From positions 544,001 through 608,000 of the forward strand of contig JBGAHS010000004.1 in assembly GCA_044226015.1 (NCBI GenBank): a stretch of 64,000 nucleotides of DNA, read 5' to 3'. A program made the position numbers and the translations under genes. Every line of letters begins with the position of its first letter. Position 1 is the stretch's first letter. This DNA comes from Candidatus Obscuribacteraceae bacterium. Lineage in GTDB: Bacteria > Cyanobacteriota > Vampirovibrionia > Obscuribacterales > Obscuribacteraceae. Under the pieces are notes generated by a model. That model saw only the letters and a list, made by a program, of their open reading frames with translations. It was not told the DNA's origin and did not search any database. Of this stretch, positions 1 to 9,915 are shown piece after piece.

Positions 1-116
1 CGCTTTTCTTTCCGCCTTTTAGCGAAAGAATAACTCTTTTAAAACTCAAATCAGGTACGGTGTTTTCCTGCTCTTGAGATGACATTTTGGGAATCCATTG
101 AACAAGCAAAAAAAGC

Positions 117-1670
117 TTACTTCAGGAATTCAATTAGAGCAAGTGCTTTCGCCTTCAGCGTTAGCTCGAGTTGGGGCGACGAGAGTTCCTTTAGTTCCGG
201 CTCACTCAATTCCGCCGCCTTTCGAAGCTCTTTCTGCTGTTCTCGAGTTGGAAAAGCGGGCTGTCCCATTTTCTTGAAAAGGCTAAGTGCAGAACCATTG
301 TCTTCATCAAGTACGTATATGCGTGCTTTCTTAAATTCTCCCATGGATTGGAGATTAACTGTAAGTTTCTTACTTTCGCCTTTTTCTTCTGGGGCTGAGT
401 AATTCCATGCTGCTGCTATCAACGCACCATCTTTGCTTTTGCTAATGATTGCATCTTCGCTTGGATTTGCTAGTTTTTCCTCTCCTAGTTTATGCAGAAG
501 TTTGAAGGCATTGAAAGCTGCTTTGGGTATGTTGCCGGCAGCTATAGCGCCAAAGCCACCGTAGAAGGGACTTTTAACGACTCCGCCTTCCTCAAATACA
601 TCAGAGAATGTCCAGAATGAGACCATGTCTGCAAGTCCATCAGCCTGGCGAATATAATTAGCTAACCATGGTCCCATAAATTCTGAATCAGTGACGTTTT
701 GTTCGTTGAAAAATGACGCGTTGAACTCACTCCATATTATGGCTGTGTCAGGTTTACTTGACGATTTTACTTCGTCATAAACCTTGCGCATGGCTCTTGC
801 CACCATATCTTTTCTCGGAATTTTTTCGTGTGTTTTGAAGACGTCTTCAGCGGAGTCATTTCCATACACATGTGTTGAAACGAAATCGAAAGGAACTTTT
901 TCTTTAGTACAGTGATCGATGAAGATTTTGCTCCAGGCAGCCTGGGCTGTTGAAGGTCCGCCAACGCGAAGGCGTGGGTTGACAGCTTTCAAAGTCCTGG
1001 CTGTTTCATCATAAAGCTTTAAGTATGACTCAAGCTTTGGTTCTCCAGCCCAGAATCCGATGTTTGGTTCATTCCATACTTCAAAATACCATTTGGAAAC
1101 TTCATCTATTCCGTAGCGAGCTATGAGATGCTCGGCTAGATTTTTCATCAAAGCGTTCCACTTTGAATAGTCTTTTGGAGGTGCAATATTTGGTTTGTAC
1201 CAGAAGCCGAATATCTCAGGCTTTGCTGCTAATTTTTCTGGCATAAAACTGAGTTCGACGAATGGTCGAACGCCAATGTCCAAAAGCCCATCATAGACCT
1301 GGTCGATGTAGGAAAAATTGTAGATCGGCCTACCGTCTTTATCCTCATCGTAGAGACCGAGCTCATCGTGTAGGATGCCGTGAAAGCGCACATATTCGAC
1401 TGGTAATTCAGCTTTCATTTTGCTCAAATCATTTCGATAGCTTTCGCGTAGGCTCAGCGCAGCTCTGCCTGAGCCGAACATGTGTTCCCACCAGTGTGGA
1501 AATGGTGATGCTTTTGCGTTAGCGTCGATGTTGATTACTATTTCATTACTAGTTTGTGCGGCTAAGGCATGATTGGAAAATGCCATACCCAACACAGTTA
1601 ATGCAATTGCCAAAGTGCTTTTGAATCGTTTTTGTCGTTGGCTTGTGTCGGCGTGGTAAATCTCAATCAT
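117..1670 (-). CDS. Glycoside hydrolase family 39 (beta-xylosidase-like), secreted
   Basis: GH39 motifs YVRFHG, RPFVELSFMP, WYFEVWNEPN (acid/base Glu) and WSEFN (nucleophile); signal-peptide-like N-terminus ending ALA-A. Confidence 0.9.
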   Translation of the reverse strand: MIEIYHADTSQRQKRFKSTLAIALTVLGMAFSNHALAAQTSNEIVINIDANAKASPFPHWWEHMFGSGRAALSLRESYRNDLSKMKAELPVEYVRFHGILHDELGLYDEDKDGRPIYNFSYIDQVYDGLLDIGVRPFVELSFMPEKLAAKPEIFGFWYKPNIAPPKDYSKWNALMKNLAEHLIARYGIDEVSKWYFEVWNEPNIGFWAGEPKLESYLKLYDETARTLKAVNPRLRVGGPSTAQAAWSKIFIDHCTKEKVPFDFVSTHVYGNDSAEDVFKTHEKIPRKDMVARAMRKVYDEVKSSSKPDTAIIWSEFNASFFNEQNVTDSEFMGPWLANYIRQADGLADMVSFWTFSDVFEEGGVVKSPFYGGFGAIAAGNIPKAAFNAFKLLHKLGEEKLANPSEDAIISKSKDGALIAAAWNYSAPEEKGESKKLTVNLQSMGEFKKARIYVLDEDNGSALSLFKKMGQPAFPTREQQKELRKAAELSEPELKELSSPQLELTLKAKALALIEFLK

Positions 1671-1782
1671 TTGCAAGCTCTTTCATCTGGTTTCAACAAG
1701 ACTTGCATTCTAGAGCATTTTTTACTGGCGCGGACCTTTTGAAGAGATAAGTTATCTCCTGATATGTGCCATTTAAAATTAG

Positions 1783-1819
1783 AACAGGAAGAGTGCAATC
1801 TAATTGCCCTCTTCCTGTT
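1783..1819. terminator. Hairpin/putative terminator downstream of the stress-protein gene
   Basis: Inverted repeat AACAGGAAGAG...CTCTTCCTGTT. Confidence 0.5.
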
Positions 1820-1911
1820 TAGTTCTGAATCGAATGGATTTTTACGCTGCTAATCAGGGGAATCAAACTGATTTGACAGTTGCGTAATTCGAATCAGCAA
1901 TTCGATTCTGA

Positions 1912-2433
1912 CTATTTCTTGACTTGTGTTTCGCCAGTTCTCTTGATGTCTTTGGCACCTTCTTGCTTGAAGATGTCTTCAGCGAGCTTGGCTTGCTCAC
2001 CGCTTTCTGTGTGAACGGAAAGAAGGATATTACCTTCGTTCAGCTTCGCTTCGTATTGCTTAGCTTCGTATTCTGGAATTCCCAGCCCGATGAGTCCGCC
2101 GGTTACTCCACCAACGGCTGCACCAGCTGCTGCGCCGCTCAGAGCAGCCATAATAGGACCAGCTGCTACGAGAGGTCCGACACCAGGAATAGCTAGAGCG
2201 CCAATACCTGCCAACCAACCAAGAGCACCGCCGACGATGGCACCGCCGGCAGCGCCAGTTGATGTACCTTCTGGAGCCTTGCTGTGCTTTTCGTGACCCA
2301 TATCGCGAACACCACTCTTATCTGGCATCAGCGCCGAGATGTCTGAATTAAGAAATCCAGCCATTCTCAAACGATCAACAATTCTGTCTGCTTGAACTGC
2401 TGTTGGAATTATGCATATAACTGCTTGTTTCAT
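1912..2433 (-). CDS. General stress protein-like membrane protein with glycine zipper
   Basis: GALAIPGVGPLVAAGP, LIGLGIPEYEAKQYE and GNILLSVH motifs typical of this family; next to a BON gene. Confidence 0.75.
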   Translation of the reverse strand: MKQAVICIIPTAVQADRIVDRLRMAGFLNSDISALMPDKSGVRDMGHEKHSKAPEGTSTGAAGGAIVGGALGWLAGIGALAIPGVGPLVAAGPIMAALSGAAAGAAVGGVTGGLIGLGIPEYEAKQYEAKLNEGNILLSVHTESGEQAKLAEDIFKQEGAKDIKRTGETQVKK

Positions 2434-2461
2434 CTTCCTTCTCCAATATTTGATGGTGTGA

Positions 2462-2845
2462 TTAAAAAGATGCTTTTACTTCTAGTTCATTCTTAAATGA
2501 ATACTTTCAACATGCAACTTTTGCAAGTACAGCAATTACGTCCTTTTAATGCTGGATGTCTACTGGTCCGCGAAGGAAAATTGTTCCGTTGTCCGTGATT
2601 ATTTTCACGTTCTGGGCATTAACGGACAAACCCTTCGTGTCCATTATTGATTTGCGAATGGCTGTGGTGACTTCAACATCGCCTTTTTCATTCGACTGAT
2701 CTTCAGCAGTTGCCTTGCTTTTGTTTCGATCACAAGCATTCTTTTTGCTGTTGTCAGCATCAACCTTTTGCGTTTTTTCGGCAAATGCGGAGTTGCCGCC
2801 GAATGCTATTAGCGAAATCAAAGCGAGCATTATTACTCGTTTCAT
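2462..2845 (-). pseudogene. BON-domain (OsmY-like) secreted protein interrupted by two in-frame stops
   Basis: Signal peptide, then TAEDQS..D..IRKSIM..LSVNAQNVKIIT..G.IFLRGPV; same frame continues past TAA (2546-2548) and TGA (2507-2509) to the BON-type end KNELEVK. Confidence 0.7.
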
Positions 2846-3185
2846 TTTGTGTCCTCTGTTGTTAAAACACTGATAGATTATGGTCTGCCGGGACGGCATT
2901 TATGCCAATGCCTGTCGGCTGGAATCCGACAGGCACCACGAGTGATGTCACTCGTATAGCATATTCGCCTGAGCTTCTTGTTTTAGGCAATGACCGCTTG
3001 CCGGGCGCTTCGGTGCCTCCCCGAAGTATTACACTCAGTTTAATCACATGAGGTGGTAGAGCCTCCAGGTTTCTGTAGTGTTAGGGACTCGGCACAAACC
3101 AATCAGTTCCCGAAAAGTCCATTGATAAAAAAGAGCATATTATTCGCGGACTATAGTTCGCTGCAAATCGCAAAAGATAAGATGT

Positions 3186-6100
3186 CTATTCGCTTACAGA
3201 CGCTTCAATAATCTCGTGAGAATGTCCATCTTCTGTGGATTTCGCTTTCGTTTGTTTGAAGACTTTGTTCTTGATTCCATTGAAAACCAGGTATAGCACT
3301 GGAACAATATAGAGACTAAGAACTGTGGACAGGATCATTCCACCCATCACAGTGGTGCCCAGTGATCTTCTGCTATTACAACCGGCACCTTCGGCGATGG
3401 TCAAAGGCAAAATACCAAAAATAAAAGCAAGAGAAGTCATCAAGATTGGTCGCAGCCGCGTAAGCGCAGCTTCGACCACAGCTCTGTTATGAGGTAGTCC
3501 TTTCTCATGTAATTGATTTGCAAACTCAACAATCAAGATAGAGTTCTTGCTGGCCAATCCAATTAGCATTACCAGCCCAATTTGGCAGAAGATGTCATTT
3601 TGAAGTCCTCGAAACATCTGGGCTGCAAGGGCGCCTAATACTGCAAGTGGCACTGCAAAAAGAATCACCAGCGGATCTATTAAGCTCTCGTACTGAGCTG
3701 CTAAAACCAGGAAAACAAATACAACGCCAAGGGCAAAAATAAGCAGGGCAAGATTACCTGACTGAATTTCTTCCAGCGAGATTCCCGTCCATTCATAACT
3801 CATGTCTCGGGGCAGAACTCGCTTAGCGATTGTCTCCATTTCTTTAATTGCTTGACCAGAACTGAAGCCGGGAACCGGCACACCATTCACTTCTATTGAT
3901 TTGAACAAATTGTAGTGTGAAATGGTGGCAGGCGAAGTTGTGTTAGTCAGTTTTACCAGATTAGAGAGTGGAACCATGCTTCCAGCTGAAGAACGGACAT
4001 AGAGCCGAGTGATGTCTTTCGGGTTGCTTCTGAACTGGGAATCGGCTTGAACGTATGTGCGATAGCTGCGGTCCAAATAGTCGAAATCATTTACATAGAG
4101 TGAGCCGATGAATACTTGAAGAGTGTTGAAAATGTCTTTGACATTGATGCCTATGGACTCTGCTTTGTCTCGATCAACGTCGATTAAGAGTTGCGGAGAG
4201 TTCATTCTGAAGGTGGTCTGAATACCTGTAAGCACTGGGCTCTGTCTTGCTGCTCCTATAAACTCATTAGACAGCGCTGCAAATTCTTCAAGAGGGGCGC
4301 GCTGTGTGTCTTCGAGTTCAAAGGCAAAGCCGCCGAAATTACCTAAGCCCTGAATTGGGGGAGGGCTGAATGGAATGCAGAACGCTTCATCTATTCCCAT
4401 CAATGGCGGGCGAAGGCGCGCAATGATGCCGTCGCATGTTTGTTCTTTTGTCTTTCGTTCATCCCAGGGTTTCAGCGTGCAAAATACAATTGCATTACTT
4501 GAATTGTTGCCTGCAAAGCTAAAACCTCCCACTGCGAAGATGCCGCTAATCTCTGGAATCTTAGCCGCTTCAGCTTCAACCTTTTCTACTACGTGATTGG
4601 TGTAATCTAGCGATACACCGTCAGGTCCCTGGACGATAATCATGAAGTAACCGACGTCTTCATCGGGCAAAAATCCGGTAGGAAGCTTTGTGTAAAGCCA
4701 TCCTGTAAGGGTCAATAGTCCGATGAAAAATAGCACAACCAGCGCTTTAAAGCGAAGCAGAAATTGCAGTGAAGCCGAAAAGAAGTTACGCACCTGGTCC
4801 AGGCACCAATTAAAAGCTCGGAAAAACCAATTAGGTCTTTCGCCATGTTTCAGCAGAAGTGCTGATAGTGCTGGTGTCAAAGTCAATGCATTGAAGGCAG
4901 AGATGCCTACTGAGATGGCTAGCGTGAGGGCGAACTGTCTGTACAACTGTCCGGTTGTGCCTGGGAAAAATGCGACAGGAACAAAGACTGCTGCAAGTAC
5001 AAGAGCTGTTGCAATAACTGCCCCGGTCACTTGCTTCATGCCTTCTCTTGCAGCTTCAAGAACAGGCATGTGTTTCTCTTCCATCAAGCGCGAAATATTC
5101 TCGATTACAACTATGGCGTCGTCCACAACCAGCCCCGTAGCCAGCGTAATACCGAAAAGGGTTAGCGTATTGATAGAGAAGCCGAGTACTTTCATGGCAG
5201 CAAAAGTACCTATCAATGAAACTGGAATGGTAATAAACGGAATAAAGGTTGTGCTGAAGCTCTGAAGGAAAAGGAATATCACTCCCATGACCAGCATAAT
5301 CGAGTCGCGAAGTGTATTGATTACCTCATGAATTGATTGATCCACAGCTCGGGTGGTGTCGAAGGCAACCTCGCATTTCATGCCGGGGGGAAGGTTGCGG
5401 CACAATCTTTCAAGTTCGGCTTTTGCGTCTCTGGCAACATCCAGCGCATTAGAACCGGGTAGCTGAAAAATTGCGATTCCAACGGCATTGAGACCTTTAT
5501 ACCTGAGGAAAGTTCCGTAGTTTTCTGCGCCCAGTTCAACTCTGCCGAGATCTCTAACTTTGATGACAGAGCCCTCAGGTCCTCTTTTCACGATGATGTT
5601 TGCGAATTCCTCAGGGGTGCGCAAGCGACCTGAAACTCTGGTGCTAATCTCAAAAGATTGACCTTCCGGATAAGGCGCTTTTCCGATTGCGCCGCTTGCT
5701 ACCTGTACGTTTTGATCAGCAAGAGCATTAATTACTTCGGTGGTGGTGATTTTTCTGTTATTCAGCTTTGTAGGGTCAAGCCAAATTCGCATAGAGTATT
5801 TTCGTTCACCAAATATGGTGATATCGCCGACCCCTTTTACACGCTTGAGTGCATCCTTGAAATAAAGATCCGCATAATTGCTCAGGAACAATGCATCATG
5901 CCTGTCCGATGAGAGGGCTGAGGCAAAAATTATACTTGTAGAAACTTTGTCTATAGTGACGCCAGTCTTTTTTACTTCGTCCGGCAGTCTGCCTTGAACA
6001 GAGTTAACTCTGTTCTGCACATCAACTGCTGCAGCGTCGATGTCACGCTCAAGGTCGAATGTGACATTGATTGTACTGGTTCCATCATTGCCGCTGGTTG

Positions 6101-6341
6101 AAGTAATGTACTTCATACCTTTAACGCCGTTGATTTGTTGTTCGAGAATGTTTGTTACGCTGGACTCAACAGCTGCGGCGCTCGCTCCGGTGTAGGCAGA
6201 AGTGACTTTCACTTGGGGCGGAACAATGGCCGGATATTGCGCTATGGGTAGGTTCGGAATTGATACCAGACCTGCAAGCACAATTATGATCGAACAAACT
6301 GATGCGAAGATTGGACGACTGATGAAAAAATTGACGAACAT
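3186..6341 (-). CDS. RND efflux permease, HAE1/AcrB family
   Basis: 1051 aa; FFISRPIFA start, GLVVDDAIVVIEN, LASKNSILIVEFA and RLRPILMTSLAF. Confidence 0.95.
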   Translation of the reverse strand: MFVNFFISRPIFASVCSIIIVLAGLVSIPNLPIAQYPAIVPPQVKVTSAYTGASAAAVESSVTNILEQQINGVKGMKYITSTSGNDGTSTINVTFDLERDIDAAAVDVQNRVNSVQGRLPDEVKKTGVTIDKVSTSIIFASALSSDRHDALFLSNYADLYFKDALKRVKGVGDITIFGERKYSMRIWLDPTKLNNRKITTTEVINALADQNVQVASGAIGKAPYPEGQSFEISTRVSGRLRTPEEFANIIVKRGPEGSVIKVRDLGRVELGAENYGTFLRYKGLNAVGIAIFQLPGSNALDVARDAKAELERLCRNLPPGMKCEVAFDTTRAVDQSIHEVINTLRDSIMLVMGVIFLFLQSFSTTFIPFITIPVSLIGTFAAMKVLGFSINTLTLFGITLATGLVVDDAIVVIENISRLMEEKHMPVLEAAREGMKQVTGAVIATALVLAAVFVPVAFFPGTTGQLYRQFALTLAISVGISAFNALTLTPALSALLLKHGERPNWFFRAFNWCLDQVRNFFSASLQFLLRFKALVVLFFIGLLTLTGWLYTKLPTGFLPDEDVGYFMIIVQGPDGVSLDYTNHVVEKVEAEAAKIPEISGIFAVGGFSFAGNNSSNAIVFCTLKPWDERKTKEQTCDGIIARLRPPLMGIDEAFCIPFSPPPIQGLGNFGGFAFELEDTQRAPLEEFAALSNEFIGAARQSPVLTGIQTTFRMNSPQLLIDVDRDKAESIGINVKDIFNTLQVFIGSLYVNDFDYLDRSYRTYVQADSQFRSNPKDITRLYVRSSAGSMVPLSNLVKLTNTTSPATISHYNLFKSIEVNGVPVPGFSSGQAIKEMETIAKRVLPRDMSYEWTGISLEEIQSGNLALLIFALGVVFVFLVLAAQYESLIDPLVILFAVPLAVLGALAAQMFRGLQNDIFCQIGLVMLIGLASKNSILIVEFANQLHEKGLPHNRAVVEAALTRLRPILMTSLAFIFGILPLTIAEGAGCNSRRSLGTTVMGGMILSTVLSLYIVPVLYLVFNGIKNKVFKQTKAKSTEDGHSHEIIEASVSE

Positions 6342-6344
6342 ATT

Positions 6345-7628
6345 TCACCTGCTTCGGGCAAATCGTTTTATCGATTCCACAAGTTTGCCGCCTGGTTTTG
6401 AATCGTGCTTTTCTAGAATAGGAGCACCATCTGCAAGTCTTTGGATTCCGGTTGTAATAACAACATCTCCAGCCTTCAAGCCGCTTTTCACTTGAAACGA
6501 GTCGCCCTCGATTCCATATGTTTCTATCTCCACCTGGTGCGCTGCTTTTTTTCCATCCTTTCCTGTTTCAGCCAGGAAAACAAAGTGCTTACCGGCTGTC
6601 TGAGAGACAGCAGCTGTCGGAACACAAATACCGGGCTTTTCATTCCAGACAACAACTGCTTTAACTGTCTGGTCTACTCGCAGCTGATCTTTGCTGTTCG
6701 GAAAAAGCGTTTTGACTAAAACCGTCTGGCTCGAAGAATCAACCGTTGGTGAAATAAAGATGACCTTGCTGTCACCAAAGTCAGAGCCGTTAGAAGATCT
6801 CAACGCAACGGACATTCCCTTCCTCATTTCACCTGCTTTCTCGGCAGGTACAGCAACATATATTTCCAGAGGCTGATTTTCAGTCAGGGTCGTGAGTGCT
6901 GTTGAGGTGAGAACATGGTCGCCTAACTTTACAGGAATATCACCTATTATTCCTTCAAATGGCGCAACAATTTCATAGTATCTAAGTTGTTCCTTTTGAG
7001 CTTGATAGCTAGATGTCGCTTGTTTGTAACTTCGTTCGTACTTTTGAATGGTAGTTTTTTGTCCTTCTATTTGCTGAAGGATCGCATCGCGATCGGCACA
7101 TGCTGCAGAATAGCTGTTTTTCCAGGAATCAAGTTCAGATTGTGCGACAGCGCCTTGACCGGCAAGACTTTGATATCGTTGATATTGTGCTTTTGTGAAA
7201 TCGACATTTGAAAGCTTGCTGCGCAATGAGCTTTCCAGTGATGCCAGAGTCGCCTTTGCAGTAGCGAGATCTGACTGAACCGTCTCCGCAGCTGCTTCAA
7301 ATGAATTGGTTTGTGCTGCTTGCTGACGGGAATCAATTTGCATTATCTTCTGGCCAGGCTTAACGAAGTCACCCGCACTTACAGAAATTTGAGTGATGTG
7401 TCCTTCGACGTGCGGCTGAAGAGTTACTGACTTACGTGACTTTACTGTGCCTATGTATTCAGATTGTTCCCGGTAGGGAGCGACTCGAACAGTCTCCATT
7501 TTTACTTCTGCAGGCGGAAAGCCCATCATGGCTGGTTTCTTTTCGCCTTCTGCGCAAGAAACGCAGGCGAGCGCAGCGAGAAAAATGCCAATGAAAGAAC
7601 GCAGCGCACTATATTTGGTGAGAGCCAT
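6345..7628 (-). CDS. RND efflux periplasmic adaptor (MFP); start probably ATG 7628
   Basis: Lipoyl-like halves (VSAGDFVKPGQ, IVAPFEGIIG), coiled hairpin, SGLKAGDVVITTG; directly upstream of the RND permease. Confidence 0.9.
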   Translation of the reverse strand: MALTKYSALRSFIGIFLAALACVSCAEGEKKPAMMGFPPAEVKMETVRVAPYREQSEYIGTVKSRKSVTLQPHVEGHITQISVSAGDFVKPGQKIMQIDSRQQAAQTNSFEAAAETVQSDLATAKATLASLESSLRSKLSNVDFTKAQYQRYQSLAGQGAVAQSELDSWKNSYSAACADRDAILQQIEGQKTTIQKYERSYKQATSSYQAQKEQLRYYEIVAPFEGIIGDIPVKLGDHVLTSTALTTLTENQPLEIYVAVPAEKAGEMRKGMSVALRSSNGSDFGDSKVIFISPTVDSSSQTVLVKTLFPNSKDQLRVDQTVKAVVVWNEKPGICVPTAAVSQTAGKHFVFLAETGKDGKKAAHQVEIETYGIEGDSFQVKSGLKAGDVVITTGIQRLADGAPILEKHDSKPGGKLVESIKRFARSR

Positions 7629-7675
7629 TAGAAAGACCTGTAGCGGCTGAAACGCGCAGCAGCTCTGGATTAACA

Positions 7676-7697
7676 AAACCGTACTAAAGTATGATTT
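7676..7697. promoter_or_regulatory. Putative TetR operator
   Basis: Imperfect palindrome AAACCGTACT-AA-AGTATGATTT between the divergent tetR and efflux genes. Confidence 0.45.
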
Positions 7698-7719
7698 CAT
7701 ACCATGTTATGATTGTCAA

Positions 7720-8334
7720 ATGGAAACCTATTCATTAGGAAGAAAAGATAGAAAACGTGAGCAACGGCGAAACAGTCTTGTAGCCTGTGCACGGAAGCTT
7801 TTTGTTGAGAAGGGATATGCCGGCACTACTATCGACGACATAGTTGATGCTGCTGACGTTGCAAAAGTCACGTTCTATTATTATTTCAAATCAAAAGAAG
7901 AAATAGCTCTGGAGATGAAGCGTCAGAGTCAGGAGGAAGCGCTGAAGTATGTGGAAAGAATGCGCTCTGCGGAGCAGTCTGCAAAAGAAATGATTGATAT
8001 TTTGATAAAGGACATTGTGCAATGGACCGAAGAGAACTGGCGTCTACTCGAGGTTTTCTGTGCTCAACGATTTAGCCCACTGGTTAAATTCGAAAACACA
8101 GAGGAATGCAAGCCCGAACCCCTCACGTTATGTGTTGATGTAATTATTCAGCGTGGTCAGGACGCTGGTGTATTTCGCTCAGACATCGATAGAATGCGCG
8201 TTTCGCACTTGATAGATTTAGCTATTTTGTGTGAGCAAAATTACTGGGTCAAATCGGGTAGAAAAACTGGTGAGTTGTCCCCACAACTTCATAAGTGCTT
8301 CGATTTTGCGCTCAATGGAATATTGATGCGTTAG
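7720..8334 (+). CDS. TetR/AcrR family transcriptional regulator
   Basis: LFVEKGYAGTTIDDIVDAADVAKVTFYYYFKSKEE HTH; divergent from the RND operon. Confidence 0.93.
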   Translation: METYSLGRKDRKREQRRNSLVACARKLFVEKGYAGTTIDDIVDAADVAKVTFYYYFKSKEEIALEMKRQSQEEALKYVERMRSAEQSAKEMIDILIKDIVQWTEENWRLLEVFCAQRFSPLVKFENTEECKPEPLTLCVDVIIQRGQDAGVFRSDIDRMRVSHLIDLAILCEQNYWVKSGRKTGELSPQLHKCFDFALNGILMR

Positions 8335-8336
8335 GA

Positions 8337-9905
8337 TTATTCTGTCTTTTTGCGTTCATACAAGCAACTAGCTTCATCTTCGCAACTCAATTTCCATGCC
8401 GGGTCATTCTTGAGGTTTCCTACCAGGACACTATTGTTCGGAAAAAGTACCCATTGGATTTTGTATTTGTCGAGCATTTCGCGCCAGTTGCTCTGTCCCG
8501 TTGCAATGTCGCCATAGTCGAGATAGAACTTTTGCCCGTAAAAGTCTACCCGGTCATCAATGAAAACGCGTAGCCCTGATTTGTACCTGATGTAACCGCC
8601 CCAGTTGTCGTATGTGAAACCACTGTTTTGGTCCAGCTTTTTTTCGACGACATAATCTAAGGCTTTTGTAGGTTTCGATTTTGCATCGAAATTTGATTTG
8701 ACTAATTCGATGCCGATAGCTTTTCCATTGTTGAAACAAGAAATTGCCAGAACAATTATTGTCACTATGGGTAGTGCGTGTCTGGTACAGGTTAGTTCCA
8801 TCGAGTCCATTGTTTCGCCCATCGATAGCCATTGCTGTTTAATTGGCTTGAGCCACGAGGCAAGTTCGGCATTCTCGAGCCTTGAGAGTAAGTTGATTTT
8901 GAAGCTTGCTAATAGTTCGCCAATGAAAGGAAGTGCCACGATGACAAACAGCGGCATATTTCGCTTGCTTGCAAGCGTAAGATGTCCGTATGCAAGAACT
9001 GTTAGAAGACGCGGCAAGGCAGGCTTCTTTTGAGTGCTAACCAGCCCGACGGCCAGAGCAAAAAAGAGAAGCTCTAATAAAACTGTTTGCAATTGTCCAT
9101 GAAAAATCGGCGAGGAGTACTCGTCCGTTTGCGAAATGACAGCGGTTTGTTGCAGGTATTCGAATATGTATTTGTACAGATCAAGACCGTAGGGATTGAT
9201 GAAGGAAGCGCCTATTATCAGAGCAAGTGAGGCCAGGTATATTTTGCAGCGAGAAAATGTTTGCGATCGTTGTTCAGATGCAGCGCTAGAAAATGCCACC
9301 ATAAGTTCTGAAACTAGATAGATTCCAACCAGAACGATGCCCATGATGAAAGCGGGATGTGAGTTCGCCCATACAATCATTGTGAGCGGAAGTGTTATGA
9401 GCAATCTCTTCGCGCTGATCTTCCCTTCAAAAAATTCTTGCAAAAATCTAGTGTAGATGTATACCGCAAAAAATGTGACCAAATGCGGACGCGCAAGCCA
9501 GTGAATTGCAGAAATGAGTGCGCCCATAATGCACAGAAACATAGCAATAAAAAAATGGCAACCACGCTTTCTGCAGTCATCATAGAGCATCAAGAATAGC
9601 CATGCGATCGCGCTGCAGCATGCAACTGAGACCAGCCGCAAGCCAGCCAGCTTGTCCATTGCCGCTATAACCGTATCAAACAGCCATTCATAAGCTACCC
9701 ATGCTTTGTCGGCAAAAGTGTAGGAAATAAGATCTGTGTGAGGCACTTGCAAGTGGTCGAGGATGTAGTGACCTGTGACAAGGTGCCATCCCGTTGATCC
9801 ATCACCGAAAATGAAGTTCGGAATAAAAACATAAATCATCTGCAAAAGCAGAACAAATATGATGTCTCCAACACTGGGCATCCAACTTGGGCGTGTTTGT
9901 TCCAT
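8337..9905 (-). CDS. Polytopic membrane protein, probable GT-C-fold glycosyltransferase; start probably ATG 9905
   Basis: Many TM segments, D..WHL..G loop after TM1, RPH, WAN.H, INPYG and soluble C-terminal FIDDRVDFYG; cotranscribed with a polyprenyl-phosphate GT2. Confidence 0.6.
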   Translation of the reverse strand: MEQTRPSWMPSVGDIIFVLLLQMIYVFIPNFIFGDGSTGWHLVTGHYILDHLQVPHTDLISYTFADKAWVAYEWLFDTVIAAMDKLAGLRLVSVACCSAIAWLFLMLYDDCRKRGCHFFIAMFLCIMGALISAIHWLARPHLVTFFAVYIYTRFLQEFFEGKISAKRLLITLPLTMIVWANSHPAFIMGIVLVGIYLVSELMVAFSSAASEQRSQTFSRCKIYLASLALIIGASFINPYGLDLYKYIFEYLQQTAVISQTDEYSSPIFHGQLQTVLLELLFFALAVGLVSTQKKPALPRLLTVLAYGHLTLASKRNMPLFVIVALPFIGELLASFKINLLSRLENAELASWLKPIKQQWLSMGETMDSMELTCTRHALPIVTIIVLAISCFNNGKAIGIELVKSNFDAKSKPTKALDYVVEKKLDQNSGFTYDNWGGYIRYKSGLRVFIDDRVDFYGQKFYLDYGDIATGQSNWREMLDKYKIQWVLFPNNSVLVGNLKNDPAWKLSCEDEASCLYERKKTE

Positions 9906-9915
9906 AAAGCACTCC

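Noticed and set aside
2507..2548. Genome-wide stop-codon reassignment
   Set aside because: TAA and TGA terminate many conserved genes normally elsewhere in the window
9604..9611. HIP1 octamer GCGATCGC
   Set aside because: Only isolated copies were noticed; no enrichment as in photosynthetic cyanobacteria
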